In this document: positions 1-9,550 of the stretch, piece by piece
Position numbering within the stretch: position 1 is the first letter of the stretch
Layout of the letters: each line of letters opens with the position of its first letter
Virus record (IMG/VR): IMGVR_UViG_3300033489_000001
Span: 286,023 to 350,022 of that record
Reading direction: 5' to 3' (one strand)
Length of the DNA stretch: 64,000 bases
From: a virus
Lineage: Duplodnaviria; Heunggongvirae; Uroviricota; Caudoviricetes
Made by a program: the position numbers and the translations under genes
Notes under the pieces: model-generated
The model's input: the letters and a program-made list of their open reading frames with translations, nothing else
Told to the model about the DNA's origin: nothing
Database searches by the model: none

Positions 1-296
1 TTGACCGGGGAGTTATGGTTATTCAATCAAACTCAGATTCCCCTATCATTCGTAAGTTGTATGAAGGATTTGACCTTCACGTAGTTGGCGCAAAACGTAT
101 GGTCAATTCTAAAGGAGATAAACGAGGAGAGATCAATGAACTGGTAATTGTGGGGCAACCTAAGAACCTAAAAGTTGATGTGCCCGCAGCAACCGGTCTT
201 CCTGATGTGTTCCCTTTAGAATGTGCAGACTGCGGGGAAATTTACAGCACATCCGATATTATTTGTCCTAAGTGTGGCTCAACTCAAACTATTTAG
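1..296 (+). CDS. DNA adenine methyltransferase (Dam/D12 class), C-terminal part, with appended zinc ribbon; 5' end outside window
   Basis: Frame is open from position 3 (DRGVMVIQSNSD...LY...R.VNSKGDKRGEINELVI, the typical Dam C-terminus); C-terminal CADC...CPKCGS. Confidence 0.75.
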   Translation, partial: DRGVMVIQSNSDSPIIRKLYEGFDLHVVGAKRMVNSKGDKRGEINELVIVGQPKNLKVDVPAATGLPDVFPLECADCGEIYSTSDIICPKCGSTQTI

Positions 297-305
297 TAAG
301 AAGGA

Positions 306-938
306 ATGATCCCAGGAACTCATATTGCTGTTGTTTCTAAAGATTGTTTTGAAACTTTTTCTGGACGTTTTCAAGGATGGGAGCTACGAGACACCCTTTT
401 AGTTCTCACCCCCGGTCCTAGCACTCTTTACGTGTTTTTGTTTAGAGTCCCGCTGCAAGAATCCACTGTGATCGCCCAGGTGCTTAAAACCGGTACCAGT
501 GGGCTCAACATTGATGCTTGCCGGATTGGGACACAAACAAAAACCAATAGCAGTTCTCCTTCTAAGTTTCGCCAAGTTGTCCATAATTATGGTCGTTGGC
601 CTTCCAACCTTTTGCTTATCCATCACGCGGAATGTGTGAATGATCAAGCTTGGACTTGTCATCCAAGCTGTCCGGTAAGGTTGCTAGATAAGCAAAGTGG
701 GGAACGGCCTAGTGGCACATCAAATGGAAACGCTCTTGTAGGTGAAATACCAACAAAGGGAATACCTTTACGAAGAGGAACTTTGATCAGTCGTTATGAC
801 ACAGGTGGGGCTTCTCGTTTCTACCCCCAATTTAAGAACCTATCTGAATGCTTAGATTGGATCAATAAGCTCATCAACCCAAACTTCACTCGGATAGCCA
901 CTCTACAATCCAAGGAGCGATCAAACACAGCAACATGA
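306..938 (+). CDS. N4/N6 DNA methyltransferase-derived protein lacking catalytic and SAM-binding motifs
   Basis: GWELRD, KTGTSGLNIDACRIG, GRWPSN and DTGGASRFY match phage beta-class MTase inserts; no DPPY or FxGxG. Confidence 0.6.
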   Translation: MIPGTHIAVVSKDCFETFSGRFQGWELRDTLLVLTPGPSTLYVFLFRVPLQESTVIAQVLKTGTSGLNIDACRIGTQTKTNSSSPSKFRQVVHNYGRWPSNLLLIHHAECVNDQAWTCHPSCPVRLLDKQSGERPSGTSNGNALVGEIPTKGIPLRRGTLISRYDTGGASRFYPQFKNLSECLDWINKLINPNFTRIATLQSKERSNTAT

Positions 939-1025
939 CCAGAGCCACGCCGCCTAGAACAACGATTGGCTGCCAATTGCTTTGCCACCAAGTACATTCT
1001 GCATCTGGTTTTTGGAGCAAGCTTT

Positions 1026-2720
1026 TCACGGAAAGACCACTTCGCACTCCACCAAAAGATCAGCTCCCTTGTTGTAGGTTTGGATCCTAGGCTTGAATCC
1101 ATGAACCCCGCTTGAATTCTTTCTGATGGAAGCTTCTATGATTTTTTCAATTGCTTGACGAGCTTTACGAGCGGCGGTGGAATCCTCGGAAGCATCTTTG
1201 ATGGTTACATAAACGATAGGCCCAAAAGCTGTTTTGGTCGCAATAGAGTAACCCTCAATTTTAACTTTGGATTCGATCTCTTTTGCAAGTTCTTCCATCC
1301 ATTTTTCGATTAAGCCTTTTTCCTCTGCCATTTTAGCCTCCAAATACCGCGTGATTACCCGTGTAGCTTGTTTCCCTCTCCATTTTTCATAATACGGTTT
1401 TTGGTACTTCCAGTCTAAAGACCGTATTTTGACTTTAGGAAAACGATCCTTGGAGTCTGGATTTGGATTAAGAACTTCTTGATCCCCTCTTTCTCTTAGG
1501 AATCGTATACGGGTGCTGTCTTTGTCGTCTTTACCCTTCTCTTCGAGATTTGGTTTGTCTTTTTGTTCTTCCTTATCTTTTCCTTTTTCAGAGGCAGTTG
1601 GTTTGGCTCTCTTTTCAGCATCTTCATTCATAGCCTTAATAGCATTAGCAATACTGTCTTTTTCAGACTCTTTCGGTAGGCCATTTAAAGAACGCCCATA
1701 AGAGGTAGGTTTGTGAAGTTTGTAAGGAGAAGAGGCATAAAGGATTTTATTAATCTCTTTCTTAGCCTTATCTTTTTCCTCATCCTTCATCCCCGAAAGT
1801 TTATACATCATCTCCCGAGCTTTAGTTCTAAGTTCCTCAGCCTTTTTTGGATTAGGATCCGGGGGGCCTTTACGATAGTGAATGAAGTTATCCGGGGAAG
1901 CTTTCTGTATGTCCTCTAGAGCCTGAGCATTTTGCTTGTACCAGTTGGAGATGTCAGATTGGTCTACCATCCGTTTGCCCATGACCTTCCCACGGGCAAG
2001 GTTGGACAGCTCCGTATCAGCTTGTTCCGGATGAAGGAAAATAACCGTTACTTCGTAGCCATGCGATTTAGCCGCATCGATCTGACCTTTATAATCTTGA
2101 GCATCGATGTCCTCCCCGGCGGAATCAACGATCAGGAGGTCCTCAACTTTTTCGATCTTCCGGTTAACGGATTCTTCAAAGTGATAACGAGCTTTATCCT
2201 TAAAGCGTTCCTTTGGCTTACCCGTCTCTTCGTTCTTTTCTTTAACGTCGTCATGCCAACCACGCATGGACACATAAAAATCTTTGTTGGTCTTCTTGAA
2301 GAAATCCCCAAAGTTGTCTGGGAAATCCTCGTGCTTTACAACTTTACCTAACTCTACTCGTTCACCGTCTTTGGTCTCATACCAATGATCGGAAAGAGCT
2401 TTCTTGAAAGATGCTGTTCCCTTACCATGAGCTTTCTTTAGAGCTTCAAAATGTTTATTGGCTTCTTCAAATTGAATTGCCCGTAAGTGATTGTCCGATT
2501 CATCTTGTTCCGGACGCTCAGGGATATCAGCATCAGTAAGTAAGGGATCCCCTTTGTCGTTGATGAGCATTTGAGGGAGCTTCCACCCGTACTTAGGTGG
2601 AGGTTCCCCTAAGAAGAATCCCTTCCCCGCTGCGGGAGGCCCCATCATAACAATCATGCGCTTTTTATCGCTCTTAGCGTTTAGAAAGCGTCTTACAACT
2701 TGATAGGCTTCATTACTCAT
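1026..2720 (-). CDS. Zeta-toxin/AAA_33-like P-loop kinase with C-terminal extra domains
   Basis: Walker A MGPPAAGKG, IVDSAG, GYEVTVIFL, ARG..GKRMV lid; tag motif at the N-terminus and internally. Confidence 0.65.
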   Translation of the reverse strand: MSNEAYQVVRRFLNAKSDKKRMIVMMGPPAAGKGFFLGEPPPKYGWKLPQMLINDKGDPLLTDADIPERPEQDESDNHLRAIQFEEANKHFEALKKAHGKGTASFKKALSDHWYETKDGERVELGKVVKHEDFPDNFGDFFKKTNKDFYVSMRGWHDDVKEKNEETGKPKERFKDKARYHFEESVNRKIEKVEDLLIVDSAGEDIDAQDYKGQIDAAKSHGYEVTVIFLHPEQADTELSNLARGKVMGKRMVDQSDISNWYKQNAQALEDIQKASPDNFIHYRKGPPDPNPKKAEELRTKAREMMYKLSGMKDEEKDKAKKEINKILYASSPYKLHKPTSYGRSLNGLPKESEKDSIANAIKAMNEDAEKRAKPTASEKGKDKEEQKDKPNLEEKGKDDKDSTRIRFLRERGDQEVLNPNPDSKDRFPKVKIRSLDWKYQKPYYEKWRGKQATRVITRYLEAKMAEEKGLIEKWMEELAKEIESKVKIEGYSIATKTAFGPIVYVTIKDASEDSTAARKARQAIEKIIEASIRKNSSGVHGFKPRIQTYNKGADLLVECEVVFP

Positions 2721-2815
2721 TTTTTTCTATTGAGTTGAGTAAGCGTTTCCATGCACGTCTGCCTAAAGTAGGCCCAAGGCGGTCTGCAAACGAGATAAGA
2801 CTCTTGAGGGATTAG

Positions 2816-3901
2816 TCATGCTGCCTCTTCCAATAAGTGAACCTGTTTAAGCGTGTTCTGAATAAAGGCACGAAGATCTTTGGTATTCCAAGGTACTTCA
2901 ATAAGGGTCACACTGTTGGCTTTGCAAAGCTCTCGTTTCTCTTGATCCCTTTGTAATTGCCAAGCAAAGTCTTTTTGGGTTTTGTGCAACCACGGGCACC
3001 ACTTATAATGTTGATCTCCTTGATACTCAAAAGCCGTGTGAAGAACTTTAGAGTATCCATCCAACTCCATTTTATTTCCCCTCGAATTTCTTAACCATTC
3101 TGGTCTGTTCTTTGGAAATAGCTCATGTAATAAAAATTCAAAGACACGACGACATTGATTCTCCCCTTTACTTTGTTTACAGTAAGGGCACCATGAGTCC
3201 CTAGTCTTCACATTATTAGGTAGAGTCCACCATTTATGTTCTTTTGCACATTGCCATAAAAGTTTTTCATAACTTTTATACTCCGAGGACAAGCAAAGAC
3301 CTCCTCTACTTATTGCAAATTCTTGCATTTCTTCAATTGTATTCTTTTTATGCCCAACACATTGAGGGCACCAAGATCCTTTTATTATTACGCGGGCGGT
3401 CGTTTCCCATTCATGGCCTTTTTCACATCTCCACCATAACTTTTGTCCTGGATGGGATTCAACGGATAGACACATCCCCTTTTTATTGTGCGCTAGTTGT
3501 TGTAGATAAGCAAGAGCATAAGGAAAGTTGTTATTAGAGCAATAAGGGCACCAGCTCCCAGATTTAGCGGATCGTAAGGTTGCTTCCCATTCATGGCCTT
3601 GGGAACACTTCCATAATAGTTTAGCTTTAAAATTGTCTATCTTATCAGATAGACAATTACCCCCTTTGTTTAAAGCTATTTGTTGAGCATCAACTATTGA
3701 ACAAGGTGCTCTGTGGGCACAATAAGGGCACCAAGTACCGCTATTCTTGACATTCTCTAGATTAGCTTCCCATTCATGCCTTTGAGCACACTGCCATAAT
3801 AACTTAGTCTTTCCATTAATGTAAGAAAGAGACAGACAAACTCCACCCCTATTAATTGCTACCGCTTGTGCTACTTCAAGGGTGAGGTTAGGTCTGAACA
3901 T
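2816..3901 (-). CDS. Treble-clef zinc-ribbon repeat protein with C-terminal PD-(D/E)xK nuclease (homing-endonuclease-like)
   Basis: Four ~60-aa WxC..xH[EK]W...WCPxC repeats; SKGE...ELDGY...AFEYQGDQH nuclease motif. Confidence 0.8.
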   Translation of the reverse strand: MFRPNLTLEVAQAVAINRGGVCLSLSYINGKTKLLWQCAQRHEWEANLENVKNSGTWCPYCAHRAPCSIVDAQQIALNKGGNCLSDKIDNFKAKLLWKCSQGHEWEATLRSAKSGSWCPYCSNNNFPYALAYLQQLAHNKKGMCLSVESHPGQKLWWRCEKGHEWETTARVIIKGSWCPQCVGHKKNTIEEMQEFAISRGGLCLSSEYKSYEKLLWQCAKEHKWWTLPNNVKTRDSWCPYCKQSKGENQCRRVFEFLLHELFPKNRPEWLRNSRGNKMELDGYSKVLHTAFEYQGDQHYKWCPWLHKTQKDFAWQLQRDQEKRELCKANSVTLIEVPWNTKDLRAFIQNTLKQVHLLEEAA

Positions 3902-3907
3902 TTTTGT

Positions 3908-4810
3908 TTAAACATTAAGCTTTTCAATTACAGTCCCATCTTTAAGATACTCGGATTCCAAGGAAGGAACTAAATATTGACTACGTAATGTCGAAAATTC
4001 ATGTCCAAGTTCCTCTGCTACTTGAATCAGTGCCTCTTTAAATTCTTTTTTCAACTGTTTTTTGCGCCCATCAGGATCAGTAGGGAGTTTGCCAGCTTCA
4101 TGCCGAGTTTTATTTAAAGCCTTTTGCACCAAAACATTCGCAGCCAAACCTCTCAAATCTTTAGCAGTGATACCATTAAATTGACTCAAATAAGAATTAA
4201 CTTTTTCAGCCGTTACCTTACCCCCTTCCCACTCAAATAAGCAAGAGTCATTAGTGTCCGCCGCTTCATAGGCATCTCGCAAAGCCTTACGAATAACTGG
4301 ATCTGTGACCCATTTCTCCTGTTTGACTGATGACTTACCCACGTATTTTATGAAAGCCCCATTAGGCTTAAAAGAAACATGTTTTTTAAGCCATTGCGTT
4401 ACACCATAATGAGCTTCCCCTTTATTATTTAGGACTCCCTCTGAACTCTCTTTAGAACCAACACGTTCATGGGTTTCATCTATGAGCCCTATTACAAGTG
4501 CCGTAAGACACGTCTCAGGATCTTCCGATTTGATGTCCCTCTTGACCTTAGCTCGTAAGTCTTTGATGGACTTGCTTAGCTTCTCAAGACGCTTAGCTTT
4601 ATTTTTGTTCCTTTCAGCTATAGCACGGTCACTGTAAATATAGATGGTACTCGTACTTTTCCCGTCCTCAGAACGGACTTGTTTCTTTTCCTTGTACCGA
4701 GCTACTACTCGAAAAGCCATAGGGGCTCCCTCTTTATCAAGAGGGTTAGGCCGGGATGCTTGAAAGCGAGCAGCTACCCGCAGGGACAGGGTTTGTAAAA
4801 GAGATCCCAT
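3908..4810 (-). CDS. DNA topoisomerase IB (poxvirus/bacterial type)
   Basis: Catalytic pentad: RVG, YVGK, TAKDLR, LGH, RSQYL; likely start ATG 4810. Confidence 0.9.
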   Translation of the reverse strand: MGSLLQTLSLRVAARFQASRPNPLDKEGAPMAFRVVARYKEKKQVRSEDGKSTSTIYIYSDRAIAERNKNKAKRLEKLSKSIKDLRAKVKRDIKSEDPETCLTALVIGLIDETHERVGSKESSEGVLNNKGEAHYGVTQWLKKHVSFKPNGAFIKYVGKSSVKQEKWVTDPVIRKALRDAYEAADTNDSCLFEWEGGKVTAEKVNSYLSQFNGITAKDLRGLAANVLVQKALNKTRHEAGKLPTDPDGRKKQLKKEFKEALIQVAEELGHEFSTLRSQYLVPSLESEYLKDGTVIEKLNV

Positions 4811-4848
4811 ATCTACACAGTAACGATAAATATGAATTATCAAAAAAC

Positions 4849-5124
4849 CTAACTTTTAGAGGTTTTTTGCTTAAGCATCTCTTCAACTTCACGCAATAAT
4901 TGTTTTCGGCGAATAGTCCTATCCGCTACTACACGCAATTGCTCAAAATCCTTCTTATCTAGGGCTGCCAAGATTTCTTCTGGAGAGATGTGCATCTCTT
5001 GGTTGTCACTAAGGTAGATCCTAACAAGGCTCAGATTACCTCTATTGAGAGCTTCATATAACCCAAACCAATTATCTGGGAACTCCCTTTTCACCCTATC
5101 TATAAATTCTTGAGGCAGTGCCAT
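4849..5124 (-). CDS. hypothetical protein
   Basis: Tightly packed minus-strand ORF with SD-like AAAGG. Confidence 0.7.
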   Translation of the reverse strand: MALPQEFIDRVKREFPDNWFGLYEALNRGNLSLVRIYLSDNQEMHISPEEILAALDKKDFEQLRVVADRTIRRKQLLREVEEMLKQKTSKS

Positions 5125-5131
5125 AACCTTT

Positions 5132-5413
5132 TCACCGTGATTTTATTTGATCTAATAAAGCTTCCACCTCTTCCAAACGAGGATTAGGCTTTTCATCCGT
5201 TGTAGGAACAAGTTCTGAATAACGCTGCCCATCTGCACGTTCACAAATGTTCCAGAGTACCGGTTGTCCCCACTTTATAGAACTCATGTCTGAGAAAAGG
5301 TCTCTTGAGAAATCAATAGTGAGATTCTTGAACTTTACGGTAATCACCTCTTCGGAAGTGTCTATAATGACTCCAGAGGTTGAACTAATCAATCGGTTTA
5401 CCCCCTCGTCCAC
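5132..5413 (-). CDS. hypothetical protein
   Basis: Operonic ORF. Confidence 0.6.
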   Translation of the reverse strand: MDEGVNRLISSTSGVIIDTSEEVITVKFKNLTIDFSRDLFSDMSSIKWGQPVLWNICERADGQRYSELVPTTDEKPNPRLEEVEALLDQIKSR

Positions 5414-5726
5414 TTAATTTTGCAGTTTGTTCAAACCTAATAACAGACTCACCATTTTCATCATTTTTATCGTATACTGCTGTAATGCCACCCCAGCCTT
5501 TATTAGGCTCATCATCAAAGACCCCAAACAAACCGTTCAATATACCTAAGAAACCCACGCTATTTTGGCCATTACTTGCTTGCACTTGCACCGTAGGATG
5601 ATCAGCTAGAGCTTGGTTACAAGGCACACGTGTCTCCAATAATGCTGTCATAGCTGATCGATCTATTTCCGTCACTTCATTTAGGAATTGAATTACCTCA
5701 TCAATTGTCACTGAATTTCTTATCAT
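5385..5726 (-). CDS. hypothetical phage protein
   Basis: Operonic ORF; RVPCN..LADHPTVQV...VGFLGILNGLFG is a recurrent phage-protein pattern. Confidence 0.75.
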   Translation of the reverse strand: MIRNSVTIDEVIQFLNEVTEIDRSAMTALLETRVPCNQALADHPTVQVQASNGQNSVGFLGILNGLFGVFDDEPNKGWGGITAVYDKNDENGESVIRFEQTAKLSGRGGKPID

Positions 5727-5754
5727 CAGAGGCTCCTTTACAAATCATCAAAGT

Positions 5755-6414
5755 TTATCGAATAAACGCTTTTTCTAACTTGTTTTTCTTAGTCCGAATA
5801 GCATCTATAAGTATGTTACGAAGATCTTGAGTCACAACCCGATCTCGTTCGCTTTTGGTTCCCACATACCAAACATTGAGATCAGTAAGATTAGAAAGTT
5901 TTTCTAACTCCCGAAGCAATTTACGTTGAATATCATACTCATGGAATTGAATAGGAGAATTTTTAAAATCTTCAGATGCTTCACTCGTAGCGGCCTCCGG
6001 CACTTCTGCTAACTTGATCGTGATTTCAGTTGCTTTAGCGGTAGCTTCAAAAGCCAGTTCCAATGCCTTACGCGCTTCAGTTTCTTTGCTTTTGTCCCCT
6101 ACCAAGATAGCATTAAGAACGAGCTTAACTGCATCAAAAGCTCCTATGACTGCATTGTACTGCGCTTGCGATTGAACCCCTGGCATTTGATCTTTAAGAA
6201 GATTAGCCATAGTTTGGTTCAACCCATGAGATTCTTTTTTCAACTGATCCCAATCGATCCAATCAAATTTTTTTGTCAGTTCCTTCCAAAAAGCCTCATG
6301 CTTAGGACTTGTTTGAATCGCTTGTATGGCTAAACGTTTTACTTCTTCCCGCCACGCCGCTTCCCCCTTTTGTTCCTTAAATTGTTGTAGATGTTGTTCA
6401 ACAGCAGTAGCCAT
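5755..6414 (-). CDS. hypothetical alpha-helical protein
   Basis: 219-aa ORF with GGAGG SD. Confidence 0.75.
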   Translation of the reverse strand: MATAVEQHLQQFKEQKGEAAWREEVKRLAIQAIQTSPKHEAFWKELTKKFDWIDWDQLKKESHGLNQTMANLLKDQMPGVQSQAQYNAVIGAFDAVKLVLNAILVGDKSKETEARKALELAFEATAKATEITIKLAEVPEAATSEASEDFKNSPIQFHEYDIQRKLLRELEKLSNLTDLNVWYVGTKSERDRVVTQDLRNILIDAIRTKKNKLEKAFIR

Positions 6415-6426
6415 TTAGGCCTCCCA

Positions 6427-6729
6427 CTAATGTAGATTTTTCGGTTTCTTAGACTCAATTAATTTTTCATAAAAGCGCTGGGCCATTTTCCGAGCGTTAA
6501 CTCTACCTACACCAATTCGTCGCAACTTCATCTCATACATCCCCTTGAGTAATTGCGCTCCCGTTTTTTGATTCTCAGGTTTCTCCATAAGGTTGAGGCA
6601 CGGCGTACAATAATAAACCTCGTCTACTGCTTGATCCCCAATAGCTGCCTTTTCTTCATCTGTTAAAAGGAACGTCTTGCCTTCTTTTAGAGTAAGCCGC
6701 TTCTGACACACGCAACAAATCCTGGTCAT
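6427..6729 (-). CDS. small zinc-finger protein
   Basis: CCVC...CTPC; ATGA overlap with the upstream gene. Confidence 0.65.
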   Translation of the reverse strand: MTRICCVCQKRLTLKEGKTFLLTDEEKAAIGDQAVDEVYYCTPCLNLMEKPENQKTGAQLLKGMYEMKLRRIGVGRVNARKMAQRFYEKLIESKKPKNLH

Positions 6730-7277
6730 CGCGCCCCTATTAACAAAGCCGTAGAAAGTGGAAAAAGGACAGAAGTCATCCCAAGATGTTGCAGAATAAC
6801 TTGAAGCTTATCATTGTATTCAATGATGATCTCCTCTGAGTTTAGCACTAACTGCGTCCCTCTTCCCAACTCATGTGGATGGCAATTCAAAGGATTCCCC
6901 GTTGAATAAGTCACTCTACAATGCAGAGGTCTAACTTCATAAGCAAGGCACTCATCTTTTTCTAGCAGTGGGCAAGAGATATTACTAAGAAGCCAAATCC
7001 CTAAAGATAATCCCGTTATCTTTTCTTGATGACTTTTGAGTCTATCTTGTAGAGAAGCCGTCCAATAGCCATGTGACGTCAGCCATTGATACAGAAGTAA
7101 GCCTTCAAGAACTGTAATGAGAAAAGGATGCGAGCAGCAATAGTTACAACCTTTTTTGCAAGGGAAAATGTTTCCTTCTTGCCGTAACTTCTGTTCGTAT
7201 TCTGAGGCTATCTGAACTTGAGATGCTTTGGCGTTGGCCAAATCTCTCTCAATTGGAGTCGGGAAACGAGGCTTCAT
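6726..7277 (-). CDS. YkgJ/CxxCxxCC family cysteine-cluster protein
   Basis: CKKGCNYCC...CPLL...CLAYEVRPLHCR. Confidence 0.85.
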   Translation of the reverse strand: MKPRFPTPIERDLANAKASQVQIASEYEQKLRQEGNIFPCKKGCNYCCSHPFLITVLEGLLLYQWLTSHGYWTASLQDRLKSHQEKITGLSLGIWLLSNISCPLLEKDECLAYEVRPLHCRVTYSTGNPLNCHPHELGRGTQLVLNSEEIIIEYNDKLQVILQHLGMTSVLFPLSTALLIGAR

Positions 7278-7288
7278 TCTTTGTTGAC

Positions 7289-7768
7289 TTAATCCTCATC
7301 GTCTAACAAATGATCGAACAAGTTGGCAGTGGTTTTCCGTGCAACCTTTACGAATTTATTGCTAAGAGATTGAAAGGCTCTTGGGATTTCAACAGGATAC
7401 TGTCTATTGTGTCCGTAATTGTTCTGACATAAAAGACGGTCTCTGAATCCTAACTTTAACTTAGGGTTTAGAAACAAAGCGCCTCCCATTTGGAACTCGC
7501 TTATCTTCACCCAATCCGAAAGCCAGGCCAAAGGAATAGCTCCTCTAGGAGAGGCTCTTTCCACCTTTATAAGAGCGCCTTTCTTTGGAGGTAAGAGAAC
7601 CGCTGGCCAATGACGAGGTGGGTTACAAATTACGGAACAATCCGCTTCCGTCCCTAAGATTTCGTTTTCGTTATCTTGGGATTCAATGAATGCAGTAGCC
7701 GTAGATGGATCAATTTTATGGACCAACCATAATTTTGATTTCCACCGTATTATATCCCCTACGTCCAT
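7289..7768 (-). CDS. hypothetical protein
   Basis: Operonic ORF; SH3-like start VGDIIRW. Confidence 0.7.
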   Translation of the reverse strand: MDVGDIIRWKSKLWLVHKIDPSTATAFIESQDNENEILGTEADCSVICNPPRHWPAVLLPPKKGALIKVERASPRGAIPLAWLSDWVKISEFQMGGALFLNPKLKLGFRDRLLCQNNYGHNRQYPVEIPRAFQSLSNKFVKVARKTTANLFDHLLDDED

Positions 7769-7792
7769 AACCCACTCTACAAGAAAGTGAGC

Positions 7793-8524
7793 TTATGGAT
7801 TCTCGTTGAAAATTTCCGGGGGTATCCCTTTTTCTTTGAAGATATCATCGGCTGAGGCTTCCGTGTTTACATCTGATTCCTGAGTTCCCTCTTTAGAGGC
7901 TTTTGCTTTTTGAGGAGCTTTAGAAGTTTCTGTTTTTCCGTTCCTTTTAGAAGCTACTACGCGGTAAAGGCCCCGTTCCAATCTTTCAAAGACGCCTTGT
8001 TTGAGTCCGTTATTAAAGGTCTGACTGATGTAAGCATTTAAATCATTGCTTGGAGGATCTAAATGTTTTGACTTAAGGCCATCAACAACATCAGCCGTAC
8101 CCATGGCCTTTGATCCCATCACCAAGATCACACTCTCCATCATGGTAAGTTTGCCTTCGGAAGACTTTTTATAGACCTTTTTCTCCTTGGCAATTTTTTC
8201 CGGTTTGGACTCTTTTGTTGCTTTTACCACCCCAGGTTTGCGCCCCCTTTTTGGCTTCTCCGCAGCCGGTTCTGCTTTAGTCCTATACTTTTTTGTTACG
8301 GCCTCTGGATATTGTTCGTGTAATAATTTGGCCTGTGATTTAAGAGCTTCATTCCTAGCAAGAACCGCCTTGTAGTGGTCCTCTGCTTCTATGACAGCTT
8401 GTTTAGCCGCAGCTAGTTCCTTATCAGCCAGCTCTATTATCGTTGCGTGCTTTCGGCTGATATCGTTAATTTGCGCACTTAACTCTTTAATTAATACATC
8501 TAGATTTTTATTTGGCATCTTCAT
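7793..8524 (-). CDS. coiled-coil / AT-hook-like / winged-helix DNA-binding protein
   Basis: N-terminal coiled coil, KPKRGRKPG, wHTH ending FERLERGLYRV. Confidence 0.6.
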   Translation of the reverse strand: MKMPNKNLDVLIKELSAQINDISRKHATIIELADKELAAAKQAVIEAEDHYKAVLARNEALKSQAKLLHEQYPEAVTKKYRTKAEPAAEKPKRGRKPGVVKATKESKPEKIAKEKKVYKKSSEGKLTMMESVILVMGSKAMGTADVVDGLKSKHLDPPSNDLNAYISQTFNNGLKQGVFERLERGLYRVVASKRNGKTETSKAPQKAKASKEGTQESDVNTEASADDIFKEKGIPPEIFNENP

Positions 8525-8600
8525 TCCTTTTTGTTATCTGATCCTGTCTTATGTTTCGCTCAAACCTTTTTAAGCAAAGTTAAATTTCTTTGGGATACGG

Positions 8601-8629
8601 AATATTTCACACGCTACAAATACTGTCAA
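8601..8629 (-). promoter_or_regulatory. sigma70-like promoter for 7793..8524
   Basis: TTGACA-17 nt-AATATT on the minus strand. Confidence 0.5.
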
Positions 8630-8637
8630 GAACTCTA

Positions 8638-8880
8638 TTACACCTTATTTTGAGGAAATTCTCGGTTCAAATCCCCCTCGTGAATGATACCTAATTTTCT
8701 AAGATAGCGTTCAGCGTCATCTTTAATGAAAGCTTGCTTAAGTCCTTCAATTCTAGGGTCTTTCGCTTTTTCAGCTTGTTGAATTGCTTGACGTAAAAGT
8801 TGTTTCCAGCCCTCTTTACGGTTCGGCGCTTGGATTTGTCTTTTAGGTTTGGTCTGTTGATTAAGTAAACGTATAGCCAT
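8638..8880 (-). CDS. hypothetical protein
   Basis: Operonic ORF. Confidence 0.6.
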   Translation of the reverse strand: MAIRLLNQQTKPKRQIQAPNRKEGWKQLLRQAIQQAEKAKDPRIEGLKQAFIKDDAERYLRKLGIIHEGDLNREFPQNKV

Positions 8881-8892
8881 GGAACGACGCTC

Positions 8893-9282
8893 TCATTGTG
8901 CAAAAGGGGGCTGCCCTCGAAAGATAGCGTACAAAGGGATTGAGTTCGGGTTGTTAGGTTGATTGAGTTGAGCTTGTTCAACATCGTTTTGCTCAACTGT
9001 AGGTAGTCTAGGGATTGTATGAGCCAGCTCCAGCAAATGGGCATCGGTTGTGATTTTCAATAAATCTTCCCGAGCTTGTTCATCCAGTTCAAGGGTATGG
9101 ATAACTTGCGCATCGGTCATACTGTCAAGCATACAGATGCCAGCAAGATTAGCGTCATTAGGGGTGTCCCCTCGTTCCATCCAGACGTTCCTCATGCCAG
9201 GGCGGTAGAGGTCACATTTGGTCGTTGGAGGCATTGGACACTCCATACACGTACAAGGAGTATTATGACAAGTGCAGGACAT
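8893..9282 (-). CDS. hypothetical protein with Cys-rich N-terminus
   Basis: MSCTCHNTPCTCMEC; operonic. Confidence 0.65.
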   Translation of the reverse strand: MSCTCHNTPCTCMECPMPPTTKCDLYRPGMRNVWMERGDTPNDANLAGICMLDSMTDAQVIHTLELDEQAREDLLKITTDAHLLELAHTIPRLPTVEQNDVEQAQLNQPNNPNSIPLYAIFRGQPPFAQ

Positions 9283-9295
9283 TTTTTAGACCTTT

Positions 9296-9550
9296 CTAAC
9301 TAATTTTTAACCCCAACCAATCTAATCTGAAGACCACCTTAATGGGACCTTCCGTACAGTTCAAATTAACCCGCCCATAAAAGAAAGGAGCACACCGCCG
9401 TAACGCATGTGCTGTGACCTCAATTGGATTATACAGGCGCAAACGTTGCAGCATATCTTCTACATTTATTACGGGAATTGCAGATTCAACCTCCTCAGTA
9501 GTTAAATCTTCTGAGTCTTCCTCAAGCATGGGTAAGTCAAAGGTAATCAT
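9296..9550 (-). CDS. hypothetical protein
   Basis: ATGA overlap with the upstream gene. Confidence 0.6.
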   Translation of the reverse strand: MITFDLPMLEEDSEDLTTEEVESAIPVINVEDMLQRLRLYNPIEVTAHALRRCAPFFYGRVNLNCTEGPIKVVFRLDWLGLKIS

